IMG/VR virus record: IMGVR_UViG_3300042887_000846
Reading direction: 5' to 3' (one strand)
DNA length: 64,000 nucleotides
Source: an uncultured virus (IMG/VR IMGVR_UViG_3300042887_000846)
Lineage: Duplodnaviria > Heunggongvirae > Uroviricota > Caudoviricetes
Shown here piece by piece: positions 50,034-59,455 of this stretch; positions within the stretch are counted from its first letter, which is position 1; every line of letters starts with the position of its first letter. The translations under genes were made by a program, and so were the position numbers. The notes beneath the pieces are model-generated. The model did no database searches, had not been told where the DNA came from, and saw only the letters and a program-made list of their open reading frames with translations.

Positions 50034-51793
50034 TTCTATTAAAAAACATAACACTAAGAAACTTTTTATCGATTGGTCAAGTCACGCAAGCCGTGAACTT
50101 TGATAGCAAGGAACTCACGTTGATTTTAGGTGAGAACCTTGATCTAGGTGGTGACGGGGCCAGAAACGGTACTGGCAAGACTACATTGATACAAGGATTG
50201 AGTTATGTATTGTTTGGTACGCCCATTAATCAAATTCGCAAAGACAATCTAATCAACAGAACCAATGCTAAGGGTATGATGGTCACATTAGAGTTTGCTG
50301 TGAATGGTATTGACTATAAGATTGAGCGTGGGCGAAAGCCAAACGTGCTTAAGTTTTATATAGATAACAAAGAAGAAGAAGCAGTAAATGATGCTCAAGG
50401 TGAGAATAAAGAAACGCAGGAACACATCGAACGTGCTATCGGCATGACTCCAGATATGTTCAAGCAAATTATCGCATTGAACACATACAGCGAACCGTTC
50501 CTGGCTATGAAAACAAACGACCAACGTAACATCATTGAACAGTTACTTGGTATCACATTGTTGAGCGAGAAGGCTGAGTTGATCAAAATATTGATCAAAA
50601 ATACCAAAGACACCATCACAGAAGAAGAGTACAAGGTCAAGGCTATCGAAGAGGCTAATAAACGCATACAAGAGCAAATCGAAAATCTAAAGCGCAGGGC
50701 TAAGTTGTGGGATACGAAACATGATGAAGACTTGAACAAACTAGTAGAAGACCTAGAAGAATTACAGAAGTTAGATATCGAAAAAGAATTACAGGGTCAT
50801 AAGGATCTGGCTGCGTACAATCAAAAGAAGAAAGACTTAGCCGATCTTGATAAAGCGATCACGCGAACAGAAAGCGATATCGGGCGTGAAGAGAAGGCAT
50901 TAAAGAAAGCCGAAAAAGAATTAAAATTGTTGAGAGAACATAAGTGTCATACTTGTGGTCATGCGATACATGACGATCAGCACGCCAAACTATTGAAAGA
51001 ACAAGAAAAGTTAGTAAAGACAACTACGACTACTATTGAGACATTGAACACCGATCTGGCTAATTTAAACACAGCAAAGAACGAATTAGGAACGGTAGGT
51101 AAGCAGCCAAAATTATATTATGATACTGAACAAGAAGCATTTCAGCATCGTAGTTTGGTAGACGCATTGATAAGCAAGATTGATGAAAAGTCCAAAGAAG
51201 AAAATCCATACACTGAACAAATAACAGATATGGAGAATAAAGCATTACAAGAAATAAATTTTGATAAGATCAATGAACTGACAAAAATTAATGATCATCA
51301 AAAATTCTTGCTTGACTTACTGACAAGCAAAGATAGTTTCGTCCGCAAGAAGATTATCGATCAAAATCTAAGTTACTTGAACGCAAGGCTCACACACTAC
51401 CTTGATAAGATCGGCTTACCTCATCAAGTCGTATTCTTGAATGACCTATCTGTACAAATCACAGAACTGGGTCGTGAATTAGATTTCGATAATCTTTCTC
51501 GCGGCGAACGCAATAGATTGATATTAGGTTTATCGTTTGCGTTCCGTGATGTATGGGAAAGTTTATACAGTCCGATCAATACATTGTTCATCGATGAATT
51601 GATTGATAGCGGTATGGATAGTGTAGGTGTTGAGAATAGTATGGCTATACTCAAAGATATGAGCCGTAACAGAAACAAATCTGTATGGTTAGTATCACAC
51701 CGAGAAGAATTAGCAGGACGTGTGCCTAGCGTATTGAAGGTCGTGAAAGAGAATGGTTTCACTACATATAATACCAGTCATGATTTAGTATGA
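50030..51793 (+). CDS. Recombination ATPase (gp46/Rad50/SbcC-like)
   Basis: Walker A NGTGKTT, coiled coil with CHTC zinc hook, LSRGE signature, FIDELID, SH. Confidence 0.93.
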   Translation: MILLKNITLRNFLSIGQVTQAVNFDSKELTLILGENLDLGGDGARNGTGKTTLIQGLSYVLFGTPINQIRKDNLINRTNAKGMMVTLEFAVNGIDYKIERGRKPNVLKFYIDNKEEEAVNDAQGENKETQEHIERAIGMTPDMFKQIIALNTYSEPFLAMKTNDQRNIIEQLLGITLLSEKAELIKILIKNTKDTITEEEYKVKAIEEANKRIQEQIENLKRRAKLWDTKHDEDLNKLVEDLEELQKLDIEKELQGHKDLAAYNQKKKDLADLDKAITRTESDIGREEKALKKAEKELKLLREHKCHTCGHAIHDDQHAKLLKEQEKLVKTTTTTIETLNTDLANLNTAKNELGTVGKQPKLYYDTEQEAFQHRSLVDALISKIDEKSKEENPYTEQITDMENKALQEINFDKINELTKINDHQKFLLDLLTSKDSFVRKKIIDQNLSYLNARLTHYLDKIGLPHQVVFLNDLSVQITELGRELDFDNLSRGERNRLILGLSFAFRDVWESLYSPINTLFIDELIDSGMDSVGVENSMAILKDMSRNRNKSVWLVSHREELAGRVPSVLKVVKENGFTTYNTSHDLV

Positions 51794-52317
51794 AGATAGC
51801 GATAACAGGCCATACTAAGGGCATAGGTAAAGCGATTGCTGATGTATTTTCAGATCAAGGGTATGAAGTGATCGGTCTGAGCCGTAGTAATGGATATGAC
51901 ATCAAGGATACGCAAAAAATAGTAGACGCTTCTAAAGATTGTGATGTGTTCATCAATAATGCGTATCATGAATTCGAACAAGAAAAAATATTAAAGACGA
52001 TGAATATTCAATGGAAAGGTACAGATAAAGTTATCATAAGTATAGGAAGCATAGTCACTGACTATCCTAGAATAGAACGACAATTAGATAATCAAGACTG
52101 GCCATATCGTAATCACAAACGTGCATTACGTGATTCGTTTAGGAGAATGATTGGTTTTCCTATGTCCTGCAGATTAGTATTAATAAGTCCAGGTGCCACT
52201 GACACAGACATGATAAAACAACATGACTGTGTGAAGATGGCCCCATTAGAGGTCGCTAAAGTCGTTCGGTATGCATTAGAAAATAAGTTTATAAAAGAAT
52301 TAATGATATATGCTTAA
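51790..52317 (+). CDS. Short-chain dehydrogenase/reductase (compact)
   Basis: TGHTKGIG, FINNA, YRNHK (YxxxK), SPGATDT. Confidence 0.85.
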   Translation: MKIAITGHTKGIGKAIADVFSDQGYEVIGLSRSNGYDIKDTQKIVDASKDCDVFINNAYHEFEQEKILKTMNIQWKGTDKVIISIGSIVTDYPRIERQLDNQDWPYRNHKRALRDSFRRMIGFPMSCRLVLISPGATDTDMIKQHDCVKMAPLEVAKVVRYALENKFIKELMIYA

Positions 52318-53431
52318 CAAATATGGATTTCAATTTTACCACTGGCATATAGAACCTAGCAGTAAATGTCCTATTAGGTGCCCGCGATGTCCGCGCACAG
52401 AGATGCGCAAGGATATCCCATGGCTGCAAAAAGAAATATCATTAGAACTTTTCAAGAAATGTTTTAGCGAAGAATTATTATTGACGCAGGTAAAACGTTT
52501 GACTATGTGTGGTGACGTAGGTGATCCTATATATTGTAAAGATTATCTCGATATCATACGTTACGTGAAGACAGTGAATCCAAACATACACATCTACACG
52601 ATCACCAATGGTAGTTATAGAAAGAAAGAATGGTGGGAGGAGTTGCGCGAAATATCTAACGAACGCGACACCATAGCATTTAGCATAGATGGATATGATG
52701 ATGCTAGCAACAACCTATATAGAGTAAACAGCAATTGGGACAGTATCATAGAAGGTCTCACCACTGTCACTACAAATAAAAAAGCATATGTGACATGGGC
52801 CAGTATCATATTCAGTTTCAATCAAGACCATCTACAACAGATACGTACTATGGCACAAAAATACGGCTGCGATAGTTTGCAATTGACTAGAAGCATAAAG
52901 TTCGGTAGTAGATTCGGTACTTACAACACAGATGATAATTACGATGCGTTAGAACCAAGAAGCGAATATATCAGCAAGTCTGGTCGCTATGAAAGACGTA
53001 CCATTAAATTAAGCAATAGAGTATTAGATAACACAGAATACCTAGACACAAACAAACAAAAGTGGCTTGAGATAAAGAAAGAATATGAAGACGATTATAT
53101 CATGCCATTATGTTTAATAGGTAATCGAGGTCTGTACTTAAACGCTGATGGACAGATATATCCTTGTAGTTGGGTAGCCGCCCCGTATTATCAACGACAA
53201 AGTCCTATCACTGATAAGGTGATAGCAGGTAAAGAAAGTCTATTCAGAAAATATGAACACTTGATGAATATAAAAACACGCACCCTCGAAGAGATAATCA
53301 ACGATGATGTGTGGGAAAAGTTGTTCGGAAGTTTTAAAGATAAAGAAAAAGCATTTGTAGAATGTGAAGAGAAGTGCAATAACTGTGCTGTAAGTAATGA
53401 GAGTTACAGCGTAGGTTATTTGACTAATTAA
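52310..53431 (+). CDS. Radical SAM protein with C-terminal SPASM/twitch domain
   Basis: CPIRCPRC, CGDVGDP, TNG, FSIDG; C-terminal PLC...DGQIYPCSW...CEEKCNNC. Confidence 0.88.
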   Translation: MLNKYGFQFYHWHIEPSSKCPIRCPRCPRTEMRKDIPWLQKEISLELFKKCFSEELLLTQVKRLTMCGDVGDPIYCKDYLDIIRYVKTVNPNIHIYTITNGSYRKKEWWEELREISNERDTIAFSIDGYDDASNNLYRVNSNWDSIIEGLTTVTTNKKAYVTWASIIFSFNQDHLQQIRTMAQKYGCDSLQLTRSIKFGSRFGTYNTDDNYDALEPRSEYISKSGRYERRTIKLSNRVLDNTEYLDTNKQKWLEIKKEYEDDYIMPLCLIGNRGLYLNADGQIYPCSWVAAPYYQRQSPITDKVIAGKESLFRKYEHLMNIKTRTLEEIINDDVWEKLFGSFKDKEKAFVECEEKCNNCAVSNESYSVGYLTN

Positions 53432-53465
53432 TTTTTTAGTGCGTGAAAACAAGATAAATCAAGAT

Positions 53466-54038
53466 ATGCCTAACCCACAGAAACAAAAAGGAAACAGTTT
53501 TGAGCGCGAAGTCGCTATACATCTTAGCAAACTCTATAATGAGAGTTTTATTCGCGCCCCCGGATCTGGGGCATATGTGGGAGGTAAGAATCAAGTGCGC
53601 ACTCAGATATTACACGAAGGGCAGATTCGCAGTTTCAAAGGCGACATCGTGCCCGGACAAAGTTTCAGTAAAATGAACGCAGAGTGCAAAAGTTACGCTG
53701 ATTTTCCATTTCATCAAGTTCTTGCAGGAGACTGTAAGACATTAGATGCATGGCTTGATCAGATGATGGCTGTTGCTGAAAACGATGACTTAAACATATT
53801 GTTCATGAAGTTTAACAGGAAGGGCAAGTTTGTAGCAGTACAAACTAGCGTGACTTGGGTTACTGACAATTTTTTATATTACTCGTCTACTAAACACAAA
53901 GATTGGCTCATAATCGAATTTGATCATTTTTTCAAACTCAACAAAGACCTACTTAAATCATATTGTTCAGGCAAAACAGAGACCGACTCAAAATCAGCAT
54001 ACAACATCACAATAGATAAAATACAAAACATCGTTTAA
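53466..54038 (+). CDS. PD-(D/E)xK nuclease, Holliday junction resolvase-like
   Basis: KQKGNSFEREVA, PGSGA, GDI, AECK. ATG 53466 is preferred over GTG 53439. Confidence 0.7.
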   Translation: MPNPQKQKGNSFEREVAIHLSKLYNESFIRAPGSGAYVGGKNQVRTQILHEGQIRSFKGDIVPGQSFSKMNAECKSYADFPFHQVLAGDCKTLDAWLDQMMAVAENDDLNILFMKFNRKGKFVAVQTSVTWVTDNFLYYSSTKHKDWLIIEFDHFFKLNKDLLKSYCSGKTETDSKSAYNITIDKIQNIV

Positions 54039-54050
54039 TACAATTAGTTT

Positions 54051-54462
54051 GGTCGAGGTGCTCGACCCTCCTTGAGGAAGTACAGGTAGTGCTGTGCCGA
54101 CGGATCTGGAGTAAGCGTAGAATAACATCTACGGAAAACCGAGAGGGCAATCGACAGGTTTGCGAACCCTCAATGAGTCTATAATCTACTTTGTCTTGCG
54201 ATTATAGAACATGCGTTGCCGAGATATGTAACAGTATCTCACTACAGTCCCATAAACTTTACAGGGCAACCGGTAGCAACATACAGCAAACAGGCTAGTG
54301 TGTTGGGGAATAGACGACATGGGTGATAGGGCATGGCAATGTCTTTACCAATGGTAGTGCTGAATAGCACTACCATGGACTCTAAGGCGGCAATATAATC
54401 CGATAACAAAAGAAAATATAAGTCTGAGCGACAGCGAAGACTTAGACAAACGAAGTTTGTCT
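54051..54462 (+). ncRNA. Putative large structured non-coding RNA or structured DNA element, family unidentified
   Basis: About 12 consecutive stems in an intergenic gap with no ORF of 60 aa or more. Several stems need G-U pairs on the + strand. Confidence 0.55.
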
Positions 54463-54472
54463 TCCAAACAGA

Positions 54473-54703
54473 TTAGAAGAACGGAAGTTGAGTTTTCTTA
54501 GTTACATCGATGTGGTCATCGATTAATTCACTGATTGCTTTTCTTTCCGAATTAGACATGTTTAGAACATCCTCGTAAGTAGCACCACCTCTCATGTACC
54601 AGGACATGGTTAGTGCTGATTTACGGATGCCCTCTACTTCTTTGTCCAATTCTTGAATATACTTCTCTACGGCTTCGGGGCCAGCGGTAAGAAGTCTTAG
54701 CCG
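54473..54703 (-). CDS. gp51-like/tail-chaperone extension ORF, probably made by -1 frameshift from the upstream gene (not in track)
   Basis: Open frame RLRLLTAGPEAVEKYIQELDKEVEGIRKSALTMSWYMRGGATYEDVLNMSNSERKAISELIDDHIDVTKKTQLPFF*, entered at slippery T TTT TTC. Confidence 0.65.
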   Translation of the reverse strand, partial: RLRLLTAGPEAVEKYIQELDKEVEGIRKSALTMSWYMRGGATYEDVLNMSNSERKAISELIDDHIDVTKKTQLPFF

Positions 54704-55521
54704 AAAAAATCGCTGGCGTTTAATGTGTAGGGTTGTTCATATTCATGAGTGCAATTCATACACTTGACATTTAATGGCTTTAATTCAGTACTGTTCTTTA
54801 ATTTTGCGTTATGGTCACGAATCGCTACGTAGACACTACCATCACAGTTGTGCAAGAAATCATCGACATATTGTTTTTCTTCAACTCTTGCATTAGGAGT
54901 TTCGATATATTCAACAGTGTTTGCAATGATTTTCATCGTTATTTCTGTGATAGCACGTATTGCGTCCTGTGTCTTTTTATTCTTTTCTTCTTCATCCTTG
55001 ATGTCGTCAATGTTTCCATAAAGACGTTGTATCTTGAATTGTTCAACGGATGCTTCATTCATCTCTTTATATGTCAATGGTCTGAATTTGATACTCAAGT
55101 CATTCACTAATAAAGGAGTATCATAATCTCCTTGCTTCAACTGAGCCAATATAGCATTTAGTTTCAATCCATAAGTTGATGCTGTCTCGCATTTTGGACA
55201 TGTTGTTAAAACCTCTAACTGATCTTGACCACTTGCCGCTCTGATAGCGATCAATACCGCATCTAAGTCATTTGCGTTTAATCGCCATGGATTTTTGATT
55301 GCAGGTATGCAACTCTTGATCAATTCTACAACCGCGCTACCATTAAACAATGCGTCGGGTGTTCTGATAGTAATTTCGTCAAGCGCAGTCATGGGATAGA
55401 CAGGAACTTCCCCTGATTCAGGGATGTCTATGACACCAAGCATGTATCCTTTACCCTCGCTGGGAAGTCTGAAATGTACTGCTGGTCTACGAAAATACTG
55501 CTTTAGTGGGTTGTTTTCCAT
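54697..55521 (-). CDS. Baseplate hub assembly chaperone (T4 gp26-like)
   Basis: LPSEGKGY, PMTALDEI, DLDAVLIAIRAASG, CPKC, CMNC, ends DFFG. Confidence 0.75.
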   Translation of the reverse strand: MENNPLKQYFRRPAVHFRLPSEGKGYMLGVIDIPESGEVPVYPMTALDEITIRTPDALFNGSAVVELIKSCIPAIKNPWRLNANDLDAVLIAIRAASGQDQLEVLTTCPKCETASTYGLKLNAILAQLKQGDYDTPLLVNDLSIKFRPLTYKEMNEASVEQFKIQRLYGNIDDIKDEEEKNKKTQDAIRAITEITMKIIANTVEYIETPNARVEEKQYVDDFLHNCDGSVYVAIRDHNAKLKNSTELKPLNVKCMNCTHEYEQPYTLNASDFFG

Positions 55522-55557
55522 GTTTTGTCCTCGTTAAATATTGGATATGTTTCCAAT

Positions 55558-55580
55558 TATAAATAGTATTGTTATTTATA
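55558..55580. promoter_or_regulatory. Two perfect T4-type late promoters in inverted orientation (TATAAATA-N7-TATTTATA)
   Basis: Exact T4 late consensus on both strands between the divergent gp26-like and tape-measure genes. Confidence 0.75.
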
Positions 55581-55614
55581 GGTATAAAAAACACCCAGAA
55601 AAAAGTAGAGCAAT

Positions 55615-58600
55615 ATGGCTGATATCAACATAGACGAACTGAATGATTCCATAGACCGTTTAAATAGGACGCTAAACTCCCTATCGACCAATTTGGCTGA
55701 TTTTGGACAAGTCAGTATAAAGACTACAGGCAGCGTTAAAGCGCAAGGTGCCGCAGGTCAAACGGCAGGTCAAGCGATTGACGGACTGACTAGAAGTGCG
55801 AGGGGATTGACTGAAGCCGAATTAGCCAGACTTGAAGCACAGAAAAAACTACGTGAAAGCGAGATGCATCTCAAAGATGCGTCTGACAAAGCAAAACAAG
55901 CGTTAGGATCATTCGGCGGCGCATTACTAGATCAGTCTATTAATATAACTAAATTCGGCGGAGCCATCAGTTCTGTCGGTGATGCCGCACTAAGTGTAGG
56001 TAAGGCATTAGGTGGTTGGGCGCTACTCATAGGTGGTTTGACTAAAGGTCTTACGGTATTACTTGAAGCACAACTAAAAATAACACAGAGTTACTTAGAC
56101 GGCAAAAATGAATTAAACAAGATGGGCGCCGCAGGAGCCCATACTACTGAATCATTGAGAAAGATGGCCCGTGATGCGGACCTAAATGCCGAGACATTAG
56201 GTCGCATGATCAAACCTATGAAGGGTTTGGGCTCTGATATAATGATTCTTGGTAATAATGCCGGCGCCGCACAAAAAGAATTCGCACAGTTAGTCAAGGC
56301 TACATCAGAAGAACGTGCAGAGATGATGCGTCTTGGCATATCCCAAGAAGAGATGATGCAGGGTACCGCAGATTATCTTGCATTACAAGCGGCATCGGGA
56401 CGTTCAATTAAAGGTGAATTACAAGATAGAGAAAAATTAAGAAGAGCAAGCATAGATTATCAAACTAGTTTGATGGATCTTGCGTCATTGACTGGTAAAG
56501 ATGTTGCTTCACTTAAAGAAAAACAAAAAGAAAATGCACTAGATGCTCAACGCCAAGTAAAACTGATGGCGGATCAAATTAAGATTGATGATCTAACTAA
56601 AGCAGGTCGTCTAGATGAAGCCGCAGCCGTTAGAAGAGAAATGGAGCAACGCGAAAAAGCATTAGATGCATTAGCCGATGCACCCGAAGCACTAAGAAAA
56701 GGTGCTAAAGAAATGCTTATCACTGGAACTATATCTGGTGAAGAATCAAGAAAACTTGCACGTAACAATATGCAAGGTCCAATGGCTGAGTTTGCTAACT
56801 CATTGAAAGAAGGAAAAGATGCTCAACTTGCAACAGCAAAAGTAGAACAAGATTACTATGCAGAGCAAAAGAACAGATTAAGATCAAGCGAAAGAGCATT
56901 GCTTGTTTCGGAACAAGCAAGAAAAGATTTTGACTTTAATAACGTAGAAGACAACAAGAAACGTTCTCAAAGAATGAATCAAAATTTAGAGCAAGATTTA
57001 ATAGATATTCGAGCTGGACGTAAAAAAGCACAACAACCAGGTCAAGATGCACCAGCAGACGCTCAGGCTAAAATTCAAGAAGCAACTATAAAAGCATCAG
57101 GTGCAGTAGAAGACGTAGCGATGAAACTCCCAATAATGGCAACTGCGGCTCTTGCAGCCGCAGGAGCATTAGGTATGCTAGTCCTAGCCGCCAAGAAAGC
57201 GTCCGCTGGTGGCGTCATGGACAAGATCAAAGGAATAATGCCGTTCGGTGGTGGTGCAGGTGGAGGGTTGCCTGGCACAGGTGGTGTAGTGCCCGGCGGT
57301 GCATCTGGCATACCTAATGTGTCTCCGGCATCAGCCGGCGCCGCCGGAAATGCAGGTAAAGCAGCCGGAGCATTAGGTGCAGGTGGTGGTAACATATTAG
57401 AAGGCGCGGCAAAAGGTCTTAAAGCATTTGCGAACCCAATGGTTCTTGCAGGTGCGGCAGGATTCGGTGTAGCGATAGCCGCAGTAGGCGCAGGTCTTGC
57501 AGGTGCTACATGGATCATGGGCAAAGCACTACCTTCATTAGCAGAAGGCTTGCAACCATTTGAGAAGTTAGACGGCAGTAAGTTAGTTGATTCAGGCAAA
57601 GGTATCGCTGCTATAGGTGGTGGTCTTGCTGTATTCGGTGCAGGTGGTGCGGCCGCAGGCATCGGTGGAATCATAGGAGGTCTAAGTGATAAGTTAGGTA
57701 ATTTCTTAGGCGTAGATGGTCCTATGAAGAAACTTGAAGAGTTCGATAAACTCAAGATAGACGGCGATAGAGTCAAGAAGAATGCTGAAGCATTCATGGC
57801 ATTCAATAAAGCATTTGCTGTAGGCGGTGGAGCATCAGCAGTGGGCGGCATGGGCAACTTGATAGGTGGATTCACAGATAAAATCTCAAGTAGATTAGGA
57901 ATAGAAGGCCCGTTCAAGAAACTACAAGAGTTTGGTGAACTCAAGATCAATTCTGCAAATGTAAAAAATAACGCAGAAGCAATGGCATCGTTTGGCGATG
58001 CGATGTCGAAATATAAAGGTACTGATCAAGGCATGTGGGGTACGTTAAGTGAGGGAGTAGCATCATTCTTCCAAATTGACGCACCTTATAATAAGATGGA
58101 AAAATTTGCTAAGATCGATCTAGGGTCAGATGGTGCTAAACGTGTCAAAACTAACGCACAAGCATTCGTATATTTTAGTCAAGCATTAGCAGAATTTAAA
58201 GGCGGCGGAGAACTCGCGAATGCCGCAGATAACATCGTTGGTGGCATCGTCAAAATGTTTGGTGGTGATGATGTCATGGGTAAATTCGTCAAGTTTACTA
58301 AACTTGATGTTGATCCAGATAGAGCGTTAAAATTAGGACAAGCATTTGCTGCCTATAGTTCAGCAATGAGTGGTACGGCAGGCGGAGGAACAGCAGCACC
58401 GCAGGCTAAACCGGTTAAGCCAGGTGCTACTACCGGAGGCGGAACAGGTGGTGGCGGGGGAGGAAGCGGTAGTAAACCAGCCGCGGCTGTTGGCGGTGGC
58501 GGTGGCGGAGTAAGTGTTCCTTCAACGCCATCCGGTGGTGGAGTGATGGATTGGGCTTCTGGATGGGCTTCTAAATTATTAGGTGGCGGATCAAAAGATT

Positions 58601-59439
58601 CTGAGAAAGTACCATCTGATGACGCTGAAGGAAAAGTAGGTGGTGGAGGTGGCGGTCCTGCAGGCCCATTAAAAATGGGAGCGGCTGATGCAGGAGACGC
58701 AGCAAAAGGACCTAGAAAAAAGACAGATGGTATCATAGTTCACCATACAGGTGGTAGAGGATTGCAAAGTGCTATATCGACACTTAAGGCTAGAGGTCTA
58801 GGTTACCATTACATGGTTGATCAAGACGGCTCTATCACAGAATTTGTCCCTGGAGATCAAAAAGCATGGCACGCAGGAAAAACAGACAAGCAACCTGGAC
58901 TTACTAATAGCAACTCTGTAAGTATTTCTTTAGTAGCAAAAGACGATTCTGATGTAAGCACCGCACAATTAAAATCAGGATTTGATTTAGGTAAAAGTTT
59001 GATGTCTAAATTTGGCGCGTCTATGGTATTTGGTCACGGCGAAACATCAAGTCATAAACAGGCTACTGAAGGAAAGACTCTTGCAGAAGCATTGCGATCA
59101 GGTAAAATACCTACAAAAGTTAGCGCGGATGCAGGTGGATTAGCAATGGGTCCAGAAACTGGATATCCAGCAACATTGCACGGTAATGAAATGATCGTGC
59201 CACTAGATCCTAACAGTTTCTTAGCAGAATTAGGTAAGAAAACTAATACAGAAATACAGGCACAAATGCAAGACAAAGCAGCCGCAATGGGTAGTAAAGA
59301 TCCAGAAGCGTTCAAGGAGTTAGTCGCTATCAATCAATCAATGATGGAAATGATGTCTAATAAATTAGATTCAGTAATCAATAGGCTTGAAACAAGTAAT
59401 AGTACACAAGACAAGTTATTGAAGTATAGTCAAGCCTAA
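55615..59439 (+). CDS. Tape measure-like protein with N-acetylmuramoyl-L-alanine amidase domain
   Basis: Helical Ala/Gly-rich body with hydrophobic segments and repeats; Amidase_2-like IIVHHT...YHYMV...AWHAG...NSNSVSI...GHGE. Confidence 0.7.
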   Translation: MADINIDELNDSIDRLNRTLNSLSTNLADFGQVSIKTTGSVKAQGAAGQTAGQAIDGLTRSARGLTEAELARLEAQKKLRESEMHLKDASDKAKQALGSFGGALLDQSINITKFGGAISSVGDAALSVGKALGGWALLIGGLTKGLTVLLEAQLKITQSYLDGKNELNKMGAAGAHTTESLRKMARDADLNAETLGRMIKPMKGLGSDIMILGNNAGAAQKEFAQLVKATSEERAEMMRLGISQEEMMQGTADYLALQAASGRSIKGELQDREKLRRASIDYQTSLMDLASLTGKDVASLKEKQKENALDAQRQVKLMADQIKIDDLTKAGRLDEAAAVRREMEQREKALDALADAPEALRKGAKEMLITGTISGEESRKLARNNMQGPMAEFANSLKEGKDAQLATAKVEQDYYAEQKNRLRSSERALLVSEQARKDFDFNNVEDNKKRSQRMNQNLEQDLIDIRAGRKKAQQPGQDAPADAQAKIQEATIKASGAVEDVAMKLPIMATAALAAAGALGMLVLAAKKASAGGVMDKIKGIMPFGGGAGGGLPGTGGVVPGGASGIPNVSPASAGAAGNAGKAAGALGAGGGNILEGAAKGLKAFANPMVLAGAAGFGVAIAAVGAGLAGATWIMGKALPSLAEGLQPFEKLDGSKLVDSGKGIAAIGGGLAVFGAGGAAAGIGGIIGGLSDKLGNFLGVDGPMKKLEEFDKLKIDGDRVKKNAEAFMAFNKAFAVGGGASAVGGMGNLIGGFTDKISSRLGIEGPFKKLQEFGELKINSANVKNNAEAMASFGDAMSKYKGTDQGMWGTLSEGVASFFQIDAPYNKMEKFAKIDLGSDGAKRVKTNAQAFVYFSQALAEFKGGGELANAADNIVGGIVKMFGGDDVMGKFVKFTKLDVDPDRALKLGQAFAAYSSAMSGTAGGGTAAPQAKPVKPGATTGGGTGGGGGGSGSKPAAAVGGGGGGVSVPSTPSGGGVMDWASGWASKLLGGGSKDSEKVPSDDAEGKVGGGGGGPAGPLKMGAADAGDAAKGPRKKTDGIIVHHTGGRGLQSAISTLKARGLGYHYMVDQDGSITEFVPGDQKAWHAGKTDKQPGLTNSNSVSISLVAKDDSDVSTAQLKSGFDLGKSLMSKFGASMVFGHGETSSHKQATEGKTLAEALRSGKIPTKVSADAGGLAMGPETGYPATLHGNEMIVPLDPNSFLAELGKKTNTEIQAQMQDKAAAMGSKDPEAFKELVAINQSMMEMMSNKLDSVINRLETSNSTQDKLLKYSQA

Positions 59440-59455
59440 CACTAAATACTAGACA

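Noticed and set aside
53466..54038. Homing endonuclease or IS element
   Set aside because: No HNH, GIY-YIG, LAGLIDADG or transposase motifs and no terminal repeats; motifs fit a resolvase-like nuclease.
54074..54402. RNase P RNA, tmRNA or group I intron identity for the structured element
   Set aside because: GAGGAAGTAC and GGGTGATAGGG only loosely resemble RNase P motifs, and no complementary P4 3' strand was found. There are no tRNA-like ends, no convincing P7 pair and no interrupted gene. Needs a covariance-model search.
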